A stretch of 64,000 bases of DNA, taken from an archaeon. Its GTDB lineage: Archaea > Undinarchaeota > Undinarchaeia > Undinarchaeales > JBDRKL01. The notes below the pieces were generated by a model. That model was given only the letters and a program-made list of their open reading frames with translations. It ran no database searches and was not told the DNA's origin. Of the stretch, positions 8,181-16,591 are shown one piece after another. Each line of letters starts with the position of its first letter. Position 1 is the first letter of the stretch. The position numbers were made by a program, and so were the translations under genes. The stretch lies in the NCBI GenBank assembly GCA_043814055.1, contig JBDRKL010000012.1, forward strand, positions 89,170-153,169. Direction: 5' to 3'.

Positions 8181-9932
8181 ATGGCAGGAGAAATAACAGC
8201 AGAAGCATTATTCAAGGAATTCCAGAGCGTTCAATTGAGCGAGTTCTTTAGGAAGAATAGGCAGTTTCTTGGCTATGTTGGAAAAATAAAGTCACTCACT
8301 ACGGTTATTCACGAGCTTGTTACTAATTCATTAGACGCGTGCGAGGAAGCGGGCATACTGCCTGACCTTCGGGTTATTGTTGAAGAGCTTGGAGTTGAGC
8401 ATTACAAGATTACTTGCCAGGACAACGGACCAGGAATCCCGGAAACACATCTGGAAAAAGTTTTCGGGCAATTACTCACAGGGACTAAATTTCACAGGAA
8501 TATTCAACTCAGAGGACAGCAGGGGCTTGGTGTCAGCGGAGCAGTGCTGTTCTCACAGATCACTACTGGCCAGCCGAGCAGGATAAAATCAGGAACAGGC
8601 AAAGGCACAGTTGTTGATGCCATGATTGAGATGGATATCAAGACGAACTCGCCAAAGATAATTTCAAAAAATGTTGAGCACGATTCCTGGAGGGGAACGC
8701 GCGTGGAAAGCGAATTCAAGGGGGTCCAATACTCAAAGGGCTCTAAAGGGCCGTTTGAATATGTCAGGTGGACCGCTGCCTCAAATCCACACGCGAAAAT
8801 TTACTTCAAGGACCCTGCGGGCAGTGAGATTGTGTTTGAGAGGGTTATTGACAAGATTCCGCAGACACCAAAGGAGATAAAGCCGCACCCGGAGGGGCTT
8901 GAGGCGCACGACCTGCTTGACCTAGCGCACAAGTCAACGGCAAGGCAGGTTTCAACGTTCCTGACCACAGAGCTCGCTCGAGTGAGCTCGCAGAAGGTCA
9001 CGGAGATGGAAGACATAATCAACAAGGACATGATTAGGGATTACTTGGTAGCTGCTGGAATTTCAAAGGAATCTGCTGAGACGCAAGCTGCTAGCATAAC
9101 CCCTAAAGAGTGGACTGAGAAGCACGCGGATAAGCCGCTCTTTGACACCCGCAGAAGCCCGAAGAGGATTGAGTGGAAAGACGCTGAACATCTCGTGAAT
9201 GCTTTCAAGAAAACCAAGTTTATGGCGCCGCCGAGTTCTGGATTAATTCCAATTGGGCAGAAAACTGTTGAGAAGGCGCTAACAAATCTGCTCGCGCCTG
9301 ACTTTGTTGAGGCAATCACACGAAACCCCACAGTTTACAAAGGCGGAATTCCGTTCATGGTTGAGGCTGCGATTGCATACGGCGGAAACTCAGGGAGAGA
9401 AGGAGCAGAAGGCGGGAGAAAAGTTGAATTGATGAGATTCGCAAACCGCGCTCCACTATTGTTTGACGCAGGCGGCTGCGCTTTAAACAAGTCAATGGAG
9501 TCAATTGACTGGAAGAGATACCACATAATGGATATGGACCACGCGCCGGTGACTGTTTTCATAAATCTCGTATCAACGCACGTACCTTACACATCCGCAG
9601 GGAAGCAGGCGATTGCAGAGGAGGACGAGGTTGTGGCAGAGGTGCGGTTCGCGCTGATGCAGATAGCAAGAACACTTCAAAAGTTCTTGTCCGGAAAGAG
9701 GCGGGCTTCAGAGAGGAACGCGAAGAAAAAGCTGTTTGAAAAATATATCCCAGAGACCGCGAAGGCGATATCAAAGCTCAGCGGCGCAAAAGAAGAGGAC
9801 CTGCGCAAGAATCTTGAGAAAATCGTTCTTGACCGGTTTGGAAAGGAATTCGCCGGCGGCGAGCCAGAGGAAGAAGAGACCGCTGCGTATGAGGAGATTC
9901 CTGAAGAGATTGAAGAGGAGGCGGAAGAATGA
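8181..9932 (+). CDS. top6B: DNA topoisomerase VI subunit B
   Basis: GHKL/Bergerat ATPase motifs ELVTNSLDACEEAG and DNGPGIP, with an acidic C-terminal tail. Confidence 0.9.
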   Translation: MAGEITAEALFKEFQSVQLSEFFRKNRQFLGYVGKIKSLTTVIHELVTNSLDACEEAGILPDLRVIVEELGVEHYKITCQDNGPGIPETHLEKVFGQLLTGTKFHRNIQLRGQQGLGVSGAVLFSQITTGQPSRIKSGTGKGTVVDAMIEMDIKTNSPKIISKNVEHDSWRGTRVESEFKGVQYSKGSKGPFEYVRWTAASNPHAKIYFKDPAGSEIVFERVIDKIPQTPKEIKPHPEGLEAHDLLDLAHKSTARQVSTFLTTELARVSSQKVTEMEDIINKDMIRDYLVAAGISKESAETQAASITPKEWTEKHADKPLFDTRRSPKRIEWKDAEHLVNAFKKTKFMAPPSSGLIPIGQKTVEKALTNLLAPDFVEAITRNPTVYKGGIPFMVEAAIAYGGNSGREGAEGGRKVELMRFANRAPLLFDAGGCALNKSMESIDWKRYHIMDMDHAPVTVFINLVSTHVPYTSAGKQAIAEEDEVVAEVRFALMQIARTLQKFLSGKRRASERNAKKKLFEKYIPETAKAISKLSGAKEEDLRKNLEKIVLDRFGKEFAGGEPEEEETAAYEEIPEEIEEEAEE

Positions 9933-10004
9933 GACGCAAAGTAAGAAATTTGAAAAGCAACTTCGCGTTTATTTCAAACCTGATGCAGGCGGGGAGGGTT
10001 TGAA

Positions 10005-11120
10005 ATGAGCGACGATGCAAAAAATAAGAGGAAGCTTGAAAAAGAGGAAGAATCCACTGAGAGAATAGGCGATTTTGGAAAGAATATTTCTGACACGATT
10101 CTTGCCGGGAAGTCCCCGGATTTCTCCATGCCAATAAGGTCAAAGAACAACGTCACATATGACGCTGGACATGGCTACCTTGAGCTTGGGGACAAGATGG
10201 CAAAGCGTTATTTCCTGAACGTGGCTCACACCAGAAAATTCATGCAGTCAATGCTCGTTGCCTCGGCGTGCAAGACGTATATTGAAAACGACAGGACAGT
10301 AGGAAAACGTGAGTTGTACTACAACCTGAAGCACTCACTGCCAAATTCAAGGGAGAACACTTTTGAGGATGACATTGAGTCCGGCACTGTGCTTGATGAT
10401 TTGGAGGCATCGCTTGACACCCTGCGTGAGAACCTGCACATTGAAGCAAAAGCGCGCGGGTCAATTTATGGAGACATAACGCTGAGCCAGGCAGGGGACA
10501 CTTTTGACTGCAGCAGGCTTGGCAGGGGCGGATGGGCTATTCCTGGATACACCGAGGACGTTGAGGTAGTCAACCACAAGGCGGATTTCATATTAGCAAT
10601 AGAGAACGATGCCATGATGTCCCGACTCATTCAGGAAAAGATTTACAAAAAGTTGAACTGCATCCTGATGACAGGAGAAGGCATGTTCCCGCGGGGCGTG
10701 AGGCGGTTCGTGAAGATACTGAGCGAGCGGCTCAAGCTGCCGGTCATAACTTTCGTTGACGGCGACCCGTACGGGTTTTACATATACTCTGTGCTGAAGT
10801 ATGGGTCAATCCAGCTTGCGCACTTGTCAAGGAGGTACGCGATACCGGATGCAAAGTATGTTGGAATGACAATGGATGATATTGACACTTACGAGCTGGG
10901 GAATGTTACGGAAAGGCTCAAGGAGATTGACAAGAAGAGAATCAGGGAGGAAATGGAGTACCCGTGGTTCAAGGGCAATGAGGTCTGGATGAGGCAGTTA
11001 AAAATGATGCTGGAGAAGGGTGTGCGTATTGAACAGCAAGCGCTTGCGAATAAATCACTGGACTTTGTCGCGAAGAAGTATCTGCCTGAGAAAATTGAGG
11101 CGGAGAAGTTCTTGTTTTAG
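10005..11120 (+). CDS. top6A: DNA topoisomerase VI subunit A (Spo11 homolog)
   Basis: Toprim region VDGDPYGFYIYSVLKYGS and a winged-helix catalytic Tyr region. Confidence 0.9.
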   Translation: MSDDAKNKRKLEKEEESTERIGDFGKNISDTILAGKSPDFSMPIRSKNNVTYDAGHGYLELGDKMAKRYFLNVAHTRKFMQSMLVASACKTYIENDRTVGKRELYYNLKHSLPNSRENTFEDDIESGTVLDDLEASLDTLRENLHIEAKARGSIYGDITLSQAGDTFDCSRLGRGGWAIPGYTEDVEVVNHKADFILAIENDAMMSRLIQEKIYKKLNCILMTGEGMFPRGVRRFVKILSERLKLPVITFVDGDPYGFYIYSVLKYGSIQLAHLSRRYAIPDAKYVGMTMDDIDTYELGNVTERLKEIDKKRIREEMEYPWFKGNEVWMRQLKMMLEKGVRIEQQALANKSLDFVAKKYLPEKIEAEKFLF

Positions 11121-11199
11121 TAGGCAGATATCAGTTTGTAGTTCGTAGTAACTACCAACCACTAACTTTAAAAAGAGCTAAGAATATAAGAGTTGTACA

Positions 11200-11370
11200 A
11201 TGGGAAAGAAAGAAAAGGTCAGCCTGCCGCCAATGGGCGGGGGATTGTTCAGGCCAACAGAAGGCGAAGGAACAGGACTAAAGCTCAAGCCAGAGCACGT
11301 AATTGGAGCTGTTATTTTTGTGATTGTTTTTGAGGTTTTTCTTCACTTTTACGGGAACTCGCTGTTTTAA
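11200..11370 (+). CDS. Preprotein translocase Sec61-beta subunit (56 aa), missing from the ORF track
   Basis: MGKKEKVSLPPMGGGLFRPTEGEGTGLKLKPEHVIGAVIFVIVFEVFLHFYGNSLF has the PxGxGL motif, KPEHVIG and a single C-terminal TM helix. Its 3' end overlaps the convergent Lrp gene. Confidence 0.75.
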   Translation: MGKKEKVSLPPMGGGLFRPTEGEGTGLKLKPEHVIGAVIFVIVFEVFLHFYGNSLF

Positions 11371-12397
11371 CTCCAGGAATTGAAAGTATTGGGGAATCAC
11401 GTTCAGTAAAAGATGAGCCGTAGGTTTGCGTCCGTTCTATGCCGGGAATTTTGATAATCTCTTTGATGATTTGCTTCATGATTTCACGCTCGCTTGAGCC
11501 GTGAGCCTTCGCAACTATGTTGAACTTTCCGGAGAGGATATGTGCCTGAGTGATATTTGGTATGGCTGCAAGAGCCTTCAGGATGTCGTCAAGCTTTATG
11601 TTCTTGTCTATTAGTTTGTCAGCTGAGATTGTTGAGACGAAGATGAAAGCGGTTGCAGGAAGGCCTATTTTTCCAGGGACTATTTTTGCGTGGTAGCCAA
11701 TGATAACCTCGTTTGTTTCAAGGCGGCGCCTGCGGTGGTGCACAGTGGTTGGAGGGATGTTAAGTTTTGAGCCAAGCTCACGGGAAGAGAGCATGCAATT
11801 CTGCTGAAGCTCAGCGAGGATTTTGCGGTCAGTGTTGTCAAGCTTGACCTCGCCTTCCTTGAGCACTGGGATTTCCTTTTTCACTGACTCGTGGATAGAA
11901 AGCTCGTGGCTGTCCAGGGCAGAGAGTCCGATGAAAAGCGTCTCGGTTCGGTTGATTCCAGGAACAGCTCGGATTTGGTCAATAAAGAGACGACCGATCT
12001 CCCAATCAGTGGCGCCTGTTGCCCTAACGAGTATGTCCAAATCCCCTGTGAGAATGTCAACGCTTGAGACGTTGTTAAGCTTTCCAATCTCGTGAGTGAT
12101 GTCATATACGCTCAGCTTTTCCTGCATCATCAGGTGTAGGGAGAGAATTTCAATAAGAATTAGGACTGATGTATTAAGGCCGACTGCGTTTGGATTTAAT
12201 TTTGCGTGGTATCCTGATATCACGCCGGTTGCCTCAAGTCGCTTGCGCCTGTGATGTGCAGTGGTTGAGGGGATTCCAACTTTTGAGCCAAGCTCACGGG
12301 AGGAGAGCATGCAATTCTGCTGAAGCTCAGCAAGAATCAAGCGGTCAGTGTTGTCAAGCTTGACCGGAGCTATGGGATTTGGGAGAGTTTCTTTCAT
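11312..12397 (-). CDS. Tandem-fused double Lrp/AsnC family transcription regulator (two HTH+RAM units in one chain)
   Basis: Two ~170-aa units each start VKLDNTDR(L/K)ILAELQQNCMLSSRELGSK. The DNA carries an ~83-nt near-identical repeat at 11768-11850 and 12278-12361. Confidence 0.85.
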   Translation of the reverse strand: MKETLPNPIAPVKLDNTDRLILAELQQNCMLSSRELGSKVGIPSTTAHHRRKRLEATGVISGYHAKLNPNAVGLNTSVLILIEILSLHLMMQEKLSVYDITHEIGKLNNVSSVDILTGDLDILVRATGATDWEIGRLFIDQIRAVPGINRTETLFIGLSALDSHELSIHESVKKEIPVLKEGEVKLDNTDRKILAELQQNCMLSSRELGSKLNIPPTTVHHRRRRLETNEVIIGYHAKIVPGKIGLPATAFIFVSTISADKLIDKNIKLDDILKALAAIPNITQAHILSGKFNIVAKAHGSSEREIMKQIIKEIIKIPGIERTQTYGSSFTERDSPILSIPGVKTASSRKSEEKPQKQSQK

Positions 12398-12430
12398 TTT
12401 GATATTGGCACATACAGTACAAAGTGTTAT

Positions 12431-12446
12431 TTTTGTACATTATACC
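12431..12446. promoter_or_regulatory. AT-rich box TTTTGTACATTA inside the imperfect palindrome GTACAAAGTGTTATTTTTGTAC, upstream of the Lrp gene. Candidate Lrp operator
   Basis: The same 12-mer recurs at 59086-59097 upstream of lysW. GTACAAGAT direct repeats are nearby. Confidence 0.4.
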
Positions 12447-12743
12447 ATAAATGAGTAGCTGTTTATATGTTTTTCTAATAATTTGCAATGTAAATCGCCT
12501 AAATAGGAACATACGTACAAGATAGCGAAGGAACGTATAAACAAGAAAATGGGTATTGATTGGATAATGTACAAGATTTAGTTAGTATTCGTTAGAATAT
12601 CATAAAATATACAATATTTTTTAAGAAACTTATATATAAGGAATAGTGTATAAGAAAGGCGTGGTGGAAATGAAACTATATGGAGAGAGAGGCGCAATAG
12701 AAAGTTTGAGAGCCAATTTGTATGGCAGAAAGGTGGTGGAGAA

Positions 12744-12971
12744 ATGGTAGTGGCTTTCATACTGGCCAATACAAAAACAGGGAAAGAGAGCGATGTAATA
12801 AACAGCCTGAAGGTTATGCCAGAGATTAAGGAGGCGCACAGCGTGTATGGAGACTATGACATTTACATACGGGCGGAGACTGAGAATCTTGAGCACCTGA
12901 ATGACTTCCTGCTCAAGAAAATACGCGGCGTTACAGGCATATCTTGCACGACCACGATGATTGGCCTTTAG
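12744..12971 (+). CDS. Stand-alone Lrp/AsnC C-terminal (RAM) domain protein
   Basis: 75 aa beta-alpha-beta-beta-alpha-beta effector domain (VYGDYDIYIRAETENLEHLNDFL). Divergent from the double-Lrp gene. Confidence 0.7.
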   Translation: MVVAFILANTKTGKESDVINSLKVMPEIKEAHSVYGDYDIYIRAETENLEHLNDFLLKKIRGVTGISCTTTMIGL

Positions 12972-13063
12972 GCTCTGGGGTCTGCTAGTTCTGAATAGAC
13001 GTGAGTATTGATTATAGAAAGTGTTAAAAGGGTTCGCGGAGAGAATAGTCTAGTTATAACATA

Positions 13064-13182
13064 GGGGGTGTGGTCTAGTTTGGTATGATACTTGCTTTGG
13101 GAGCAAGTGGTCCCCAGTTCAAAGGCGTGCGAAGCGTGACTTAACATGCGCTTGTGCGTGGAAAATCTGGGCACCCCCACCA
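13064..13182 (+). tRNA. tRNA-Pro (anticodon TGG) with a ~42-nt intron in the T-loop and encoded CCA
   Basis: Acceptor GGGGGTG/CACCCCC, D-loop AGTTTGGTA, anticodon arm CTTGC-TTTGGGA-GCAAG, T-stem CCCAG (13113-17)/CTGGG (13167-71) split by an insertion at 13124-13165. Discriminator A then CCA. Confidence 0.7.
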
Positions 13183-13288
13183 CTCCGCCTAGCCGCGGAG
13201 AAAGGCTGTCCCGCATCACACAACACACACTCGTGTGTGTGCATAAATCACCGCAATGCGGTGATTCATGTTTGTGATGCTGCGGGAC
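13183..13288. terminator. Nested long palindrome between the convergent tRNA-Pro and tmk genes, candidate bidirectional terminator or structured RNA
   Basis: CTCCGC..GCGGAG hairpin (13183-13200), then GTCCCGCATCACA...TGTGATGCTGCGGGAC (13208-13288) enclosing CACACACTCGTGTGTGTG and AATCACCGCAATGCGGTGATT. Confidence 0.5.
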
Positions 13289-13305
13289 TACTGGACAAGT
13301 ACATC

Positions 13306-13866
13306 TTAAACAAGATTTCTGATTTCATCCTGCACTAAATCAACCTCGCGCGAGGCGTCAATTATTTTGAAACCGCTTTCCTCCGCGAGTTTCAGGTAGT
13401 TCCCCCGGACTTTTGTAAGAAACTCAGTGTTCTCAAATTTTTCCTCAGTTGTGGTTCTGCCTGCTCCGACTTCGGGCGGGACGTCAAGCAGGATTACAAT
13501 GTCAGGCTTAGGGGCGAATGAATTCAATGATTTCAACCATTCCATATCTAGGCCCTGCGCGGCTTGGTAAGCGATTGTTGAATAGGTATAGCGCTCGCAG
13601 ATTACGGTTTTGCCCTGCTCAAGAGCTGGCTTTATTTCCTGCTCAACATGCTCAGCTCGGTCTGCGATGAAGAGCATTGTGTCAACGAGCGGCGGAGCAT
13701 CCTGCCTGAGATACTCGCGGAGAAGTTTTCCAATTTGGCCGTGGCTCGGCTCGGCGGTGTGCAGGACTTCTTTGCCATGCTCTTTCAGAAATTCAGTAAG
13801 AAGCTCTGCGTGGGTTGACTTGCCGCAGCCGTCTATGCCTTCAAAAACTATGAGCTTACCCGGCAT
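13306..13866 (-). CDS. tmk: Thymidylate kinase
   Basis: P-loop FEGIDGCGKST, DRY-like motif, lid region. Confidence 0.85.
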   Translation of the reverse strand: MPGKLIVFEGIDGCGKSTHAELLTEFLKEHGKEVLHTAEPSHGQIGKLLREYLRQDAPPLVDTMLFIADRAEHVEQEIKPALEQGKTVICERYTYSTIAYQAAQGLDMEWLKSLNSFAPKPDIVILLDVPPEVGAGRTTTEEKFENTEFLTKVRGNYLKLAEESGFKIIDASREVDLVQDEIRNLV

Positions 13867-15028
13867 TTTTCTCCACTACCTCGCCTGGCTTTGTGGTTGC
13901 TCCGGATTTTATTTTTCTGCCAGGGTATATTATTGAGCAGATTCCTGTTTTCACGTTGTCGCCAATTACTGCGCCGAATTTTCTCAGGCCTGTGTCAACC
14001 ATTTCACCGTTCACTTCCATCTTTATGTTCGCGTTATCGTGGCGCAGGTTTCCGATTATTGTTCCTGCTGCGATGTTGCAGTTTTCCCCTATGATTGAAT
14101 CTCCAACGTAATTCTGGTGTGGCAGGCAGGTATTGTTAAATATGACTGAATTTTTTATCTCAACACTCTGGCCTATTTTGCAATTGTTGCCGATTGTTGA
14201 ATACGGGCGGATGTAGCAGTTCGGGCCGATTCTGCAGTTAGTCCCAATAAGCACTGGGCCTTCTATGTAAGCTCCTGCGCGGATTATCGTGCCTTTGCCC
14301 GCGATTATCTTGCCCTTTAGTGTTGCGCCCTGCTCAACCTCAGCCTCATTCTTCCCTTCAATTTCATTTAGAAGCGACTGGTTTGCCTCAAGAATCTGCC
14401 ACGGGTAGCCGACCGGCTGCCAGAAGATTGCGTCAACGTATTTCAAGCTGCCAAGTTGAAGCGCAGCCTGCGGGAGTTCGTAATCGCCGCGCTCGGATTT
14501 CTCAAGTTTCAGTTCAAAGAATTTTTTTGGGAGGATGAAAGCGCCGGTGTTTACAAAGCCATCTGCTCCTGATTTTTCAGAGAATGAAATTACCTTGTCA
14601 TCATCCAGCTCTGCAACCCCGAATGCGGACGCATCTTTCACTTTTGCAAGAGCAACAGCGGGCGCGCCTTTTTCAATTAAGTTTTGTATTGTCCCGGCGT
14701 CTATTATGTCGTCTCCGTTTAGCACGAGGAAATCTTTCTTGATAAAATCTTTTGCAGCTGCAACTGCGTTCGCGGTTCCGAGCGGCTCTTTCTGCACTGC
14801 GTATTCAAGCTTGACCCCAGCGGTTTCGGTTCCAAGTGCGCCCTTGAGTGTTCCGTCCGGCTTCTGGACTATGACTGCCTCGCTGATGCCTGCTGTTTTC
14901 AGGGCTTCAAGTATGTGCACTATGATTGGCTTGATTGCAATAGGGATGAGCGACTTGAGCCGCGTCTCGGTCAGCGGGAGCATTCTGGCCCCGTCTCCTG
15001 CGGCAAGGATTACAGCTTTCATGGGCAC
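13856..15028 (-). CDS. Bifunctional sugar-1-phosphate nucleotidylyltransferase / acetyltransferase (archaeal GlmU-like)
   Basis: N-terminal AVILAAGDGARMLPLT nucleotidyltransferase fold plus C-terminal hexapeptide-repeat left-handed beta-helix. Confidence 0.75.
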   Translation of the reverse strand: MPMKAVILAAGDGARMLPLTETRLKSLIPIAIKPIIVHILEALKTAGISEAVIVQKPDGTLKGALGTETAGVKLEYAVQKEPLGTANAVAAAKDFIKKDFLVLNGDDIIDAGTIQNLIEKGAPAVALAKVKDASAFGVAELDDDKVISFSEKSGADGFVNTGAFILPKKFFELKLEKSERGDYELPQAALQLGSLKYVDAIFWQPVGYPWQILEANQSLLNEIEGKNEAEVEQGATLKGKIIAGKGTIIRAGAYIEGPVLIGTNCRIGPNCYIRPYSTIGNNCKIGQSVEIKNSVIFNNTCLPHQNYVGDSIIGENCNIAAGTIIGNLRHDNANIKMEVNGEMVDTGLRKFGAVIGDNVKTGICSIIYPGRKIKSGATTKPGEVVEKNAG

Positions 15029-15098
15029 TCATTTGAGAAAAGCCTCTCTTATAGTTTACTACAATAATAATTTAAGGCAGCGCGGACAAGTGGGAGTT

Positions 15099-15851
15099 AT
15101 GGGATTGGAGGAAGAACTGGTTGAGGTTTACAGGAAGGCAGCCTGCGAGCTGCCTGAGGATGTTCTAGCGGAGCTGAAGAAACGCGCAGGGGACAGGAAG
15201 ATTGATACTATTTTGGATAACTGCGAGATTGCGAAAGCTGAGAGCAAACCGATTTGTCAGGACACCGGGACTCCGGTTTGGTATGTTAAAAAGCCAACTG
15301 GAAAAAGCGAGGATGAAATCCGCACAGCGATTGAAAGCGCCACCAAGCGAGCTGTTGAAGAGGTTCCGCTTCGCGCTAATTCCGTCTGTCCTGTTACCGG
15401 GCAGAACTTTGGATTGATGCCATTCATACATTTTGAAGAGCACGAGAAAGATTTAATTCAGTTTGACCTGCTTTTGAAAGGCGGCGGCTCTGAGAACATT
15501 GGACAAACTTATTTTGTGAAGGAAATGGAGTTTAGCGCTGTGAAGAATTACGTGAAGGACGCGGTTGAGAAAGCCGGAGACCGTGGCTGCCCGCCCTATG
15601 TGCTTGGTGTTTGCGTTGGAGGTTCAAGGGATATTGTTTCTTATTACTCAAAGAGGATGCTGAGGCGGAAATTGGATGATGTTAATAAGAATCCGGTTGC
15701 AGCGGAGATGGAGAAAGAACTGGTTGAGGAATTTGATAATGTGATGGGTGTGAAAATTGGAATTACTAATAGGCACCCTGCGTCGTATTTTGTTGATGTT
15801 TGCTTTTCGTGCTGGGCGCTGAGGAGAGGTAGGTTGGAATGGAAATTATAG
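15099..15851 (+). CDS. Fe-S hydro-lyase alpha subunit (class I fumarate hydratase / tartrate dehydratase alpha)
   Basis: The CQDTGT motif is characteristic of class I fumarase alpha (ICQDTGTPVWYV). The start is the ATG at 15099. The upstream part of listed ORF 14535..15851 is antisense to the GlmU-like gene and was discarded. Confidence 0.75.
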   Translation: MGLEEELVEVYRKAACELPEDVLAELKKRAGDRKIDTILDNCEIAKAESKPICQDTGTPVWYVKKPTGKSEDEIRTAIESATKRAVEEVPLRANSVCPVTGQNFGLMPFIHFEEHEKDLIQFDLLLKGGGSENIGQTYFVKEMEFSAVKNYVKDAVEKAGDRGCPPYVLGVCVGGSRDIVSYYSKRMLRRKLDDVNKNPVAAEMEKELVEEFDNVMGVKIGITNRHPASYFVDVCFSCWALRRGRLEWKL

Positions 15852-16591
15852 TTCTTACAGAGGATATTGCTAGAGAAGGATTCCTTGCTGAGCATGGAGT
15901 TTCATTTTTGATTAAACATAATGGGAAAAAATTGCTTTTTGACACTGGACAAAGTGATGTTTTCATAAAAAATGCAGAGAAAATGGGAGTTATACTTGAT
16001 GTTGATGCGATTACACTAAGCCACGGGCATTATGATCACAGCAGGGGTTTGAAATATTTAGCTGGGAAAAAATTGAAGTTAATTGCTCATCCGCTTGCGT
16101 TTAAAGAGCAGATAGAAGAAGGACAGAACATTGGAACTCCAATGAGCAAAGAGGAAGCGCAGAAAGCATTTAATCTAATTGAAGCCGTTGAGCCGTACAA
16201 TATTTTTGACGAGGTTCTATTTTTAGGAGAGGTTCCAAGAGAGAGTGGATTTGAGCAGAATGAATACAATGAACTGCTTGATGATTCAGGGGTTGTGATA
16301 AAAACTAACAAAGGGCTCGTTGTTATTTCTGGCTGCGCGCATTCGGGCATTGTAAATATTATTGAGCATTCAAAAAGAGTTGCAGGTATTGAAAAAGTTT
16401 ATGCAGTTATTGGTGGATTTCACCTTCGAAAAACTTCGCAGGAGCAGATTGAAAAAACAATTGAGTATTTCAAGGAAGAGAGAATTGAAAAAATAATGCC
16501 CTGCCATTGTAATGATGCTGAAGCAATGACAGCTTTCCATAATGCTTTTGAATTTAAAAAACCGTGTGCAGGAGATGTGATAGAATTATGA
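15839..16591 (+). CDS. Metallo-beta-lactamase-fold hydrolase (low-GC gene lying between the fumarase alpha and beta genes)
   Basis: HxHxDH motif (LSHGHYDH), GCAHSG and GGFHL. Markedly AT-rich compared with its flanks. It overlaps both neighbours (13 nt and ATGA). Confidence 0.65.
   Translation: MEIIVLTEDIAREGFLAEHGVSFLIKHNGKKLLFDTGQSDVFIKNAEKMGVILDVDAITLSHGHYDHSRGLKYLAGKKLKLIAHPLAFKEQIEEGQNIGTPMSKEEAQKAFNLIEAVEPYNIFDEVLFLGEVPRESGFEQNEYNELLDDSGVVIKTNKGLVVISGCAHSGIVNIIEHSKRVAGIEKVYAVIGGFHLRKTSQEQIEKTIEYFKEERIEKIMPCHCNDAEAMTAFHNAFEFKKPCAGDVIEL

Noticed and set aside
12398-12743. Possible small protein or RNA gene in the 345-bp AT-rich gap upstream of the Lrp gene
   Set aside because: It contains only very short ORFs (10 aa or fewer) and no stable GC-rich structure. 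It was interpreted as a divergent promoter/operator region.
14535-15851. Listed 438-aa ORF as a single protein
   Set aside because: Its first ~190 codons are antisense to the GlmU-like gene and show no protein-like features. The real gene is the class I fumarase alpha subunit, starting at the ATG at 15099.
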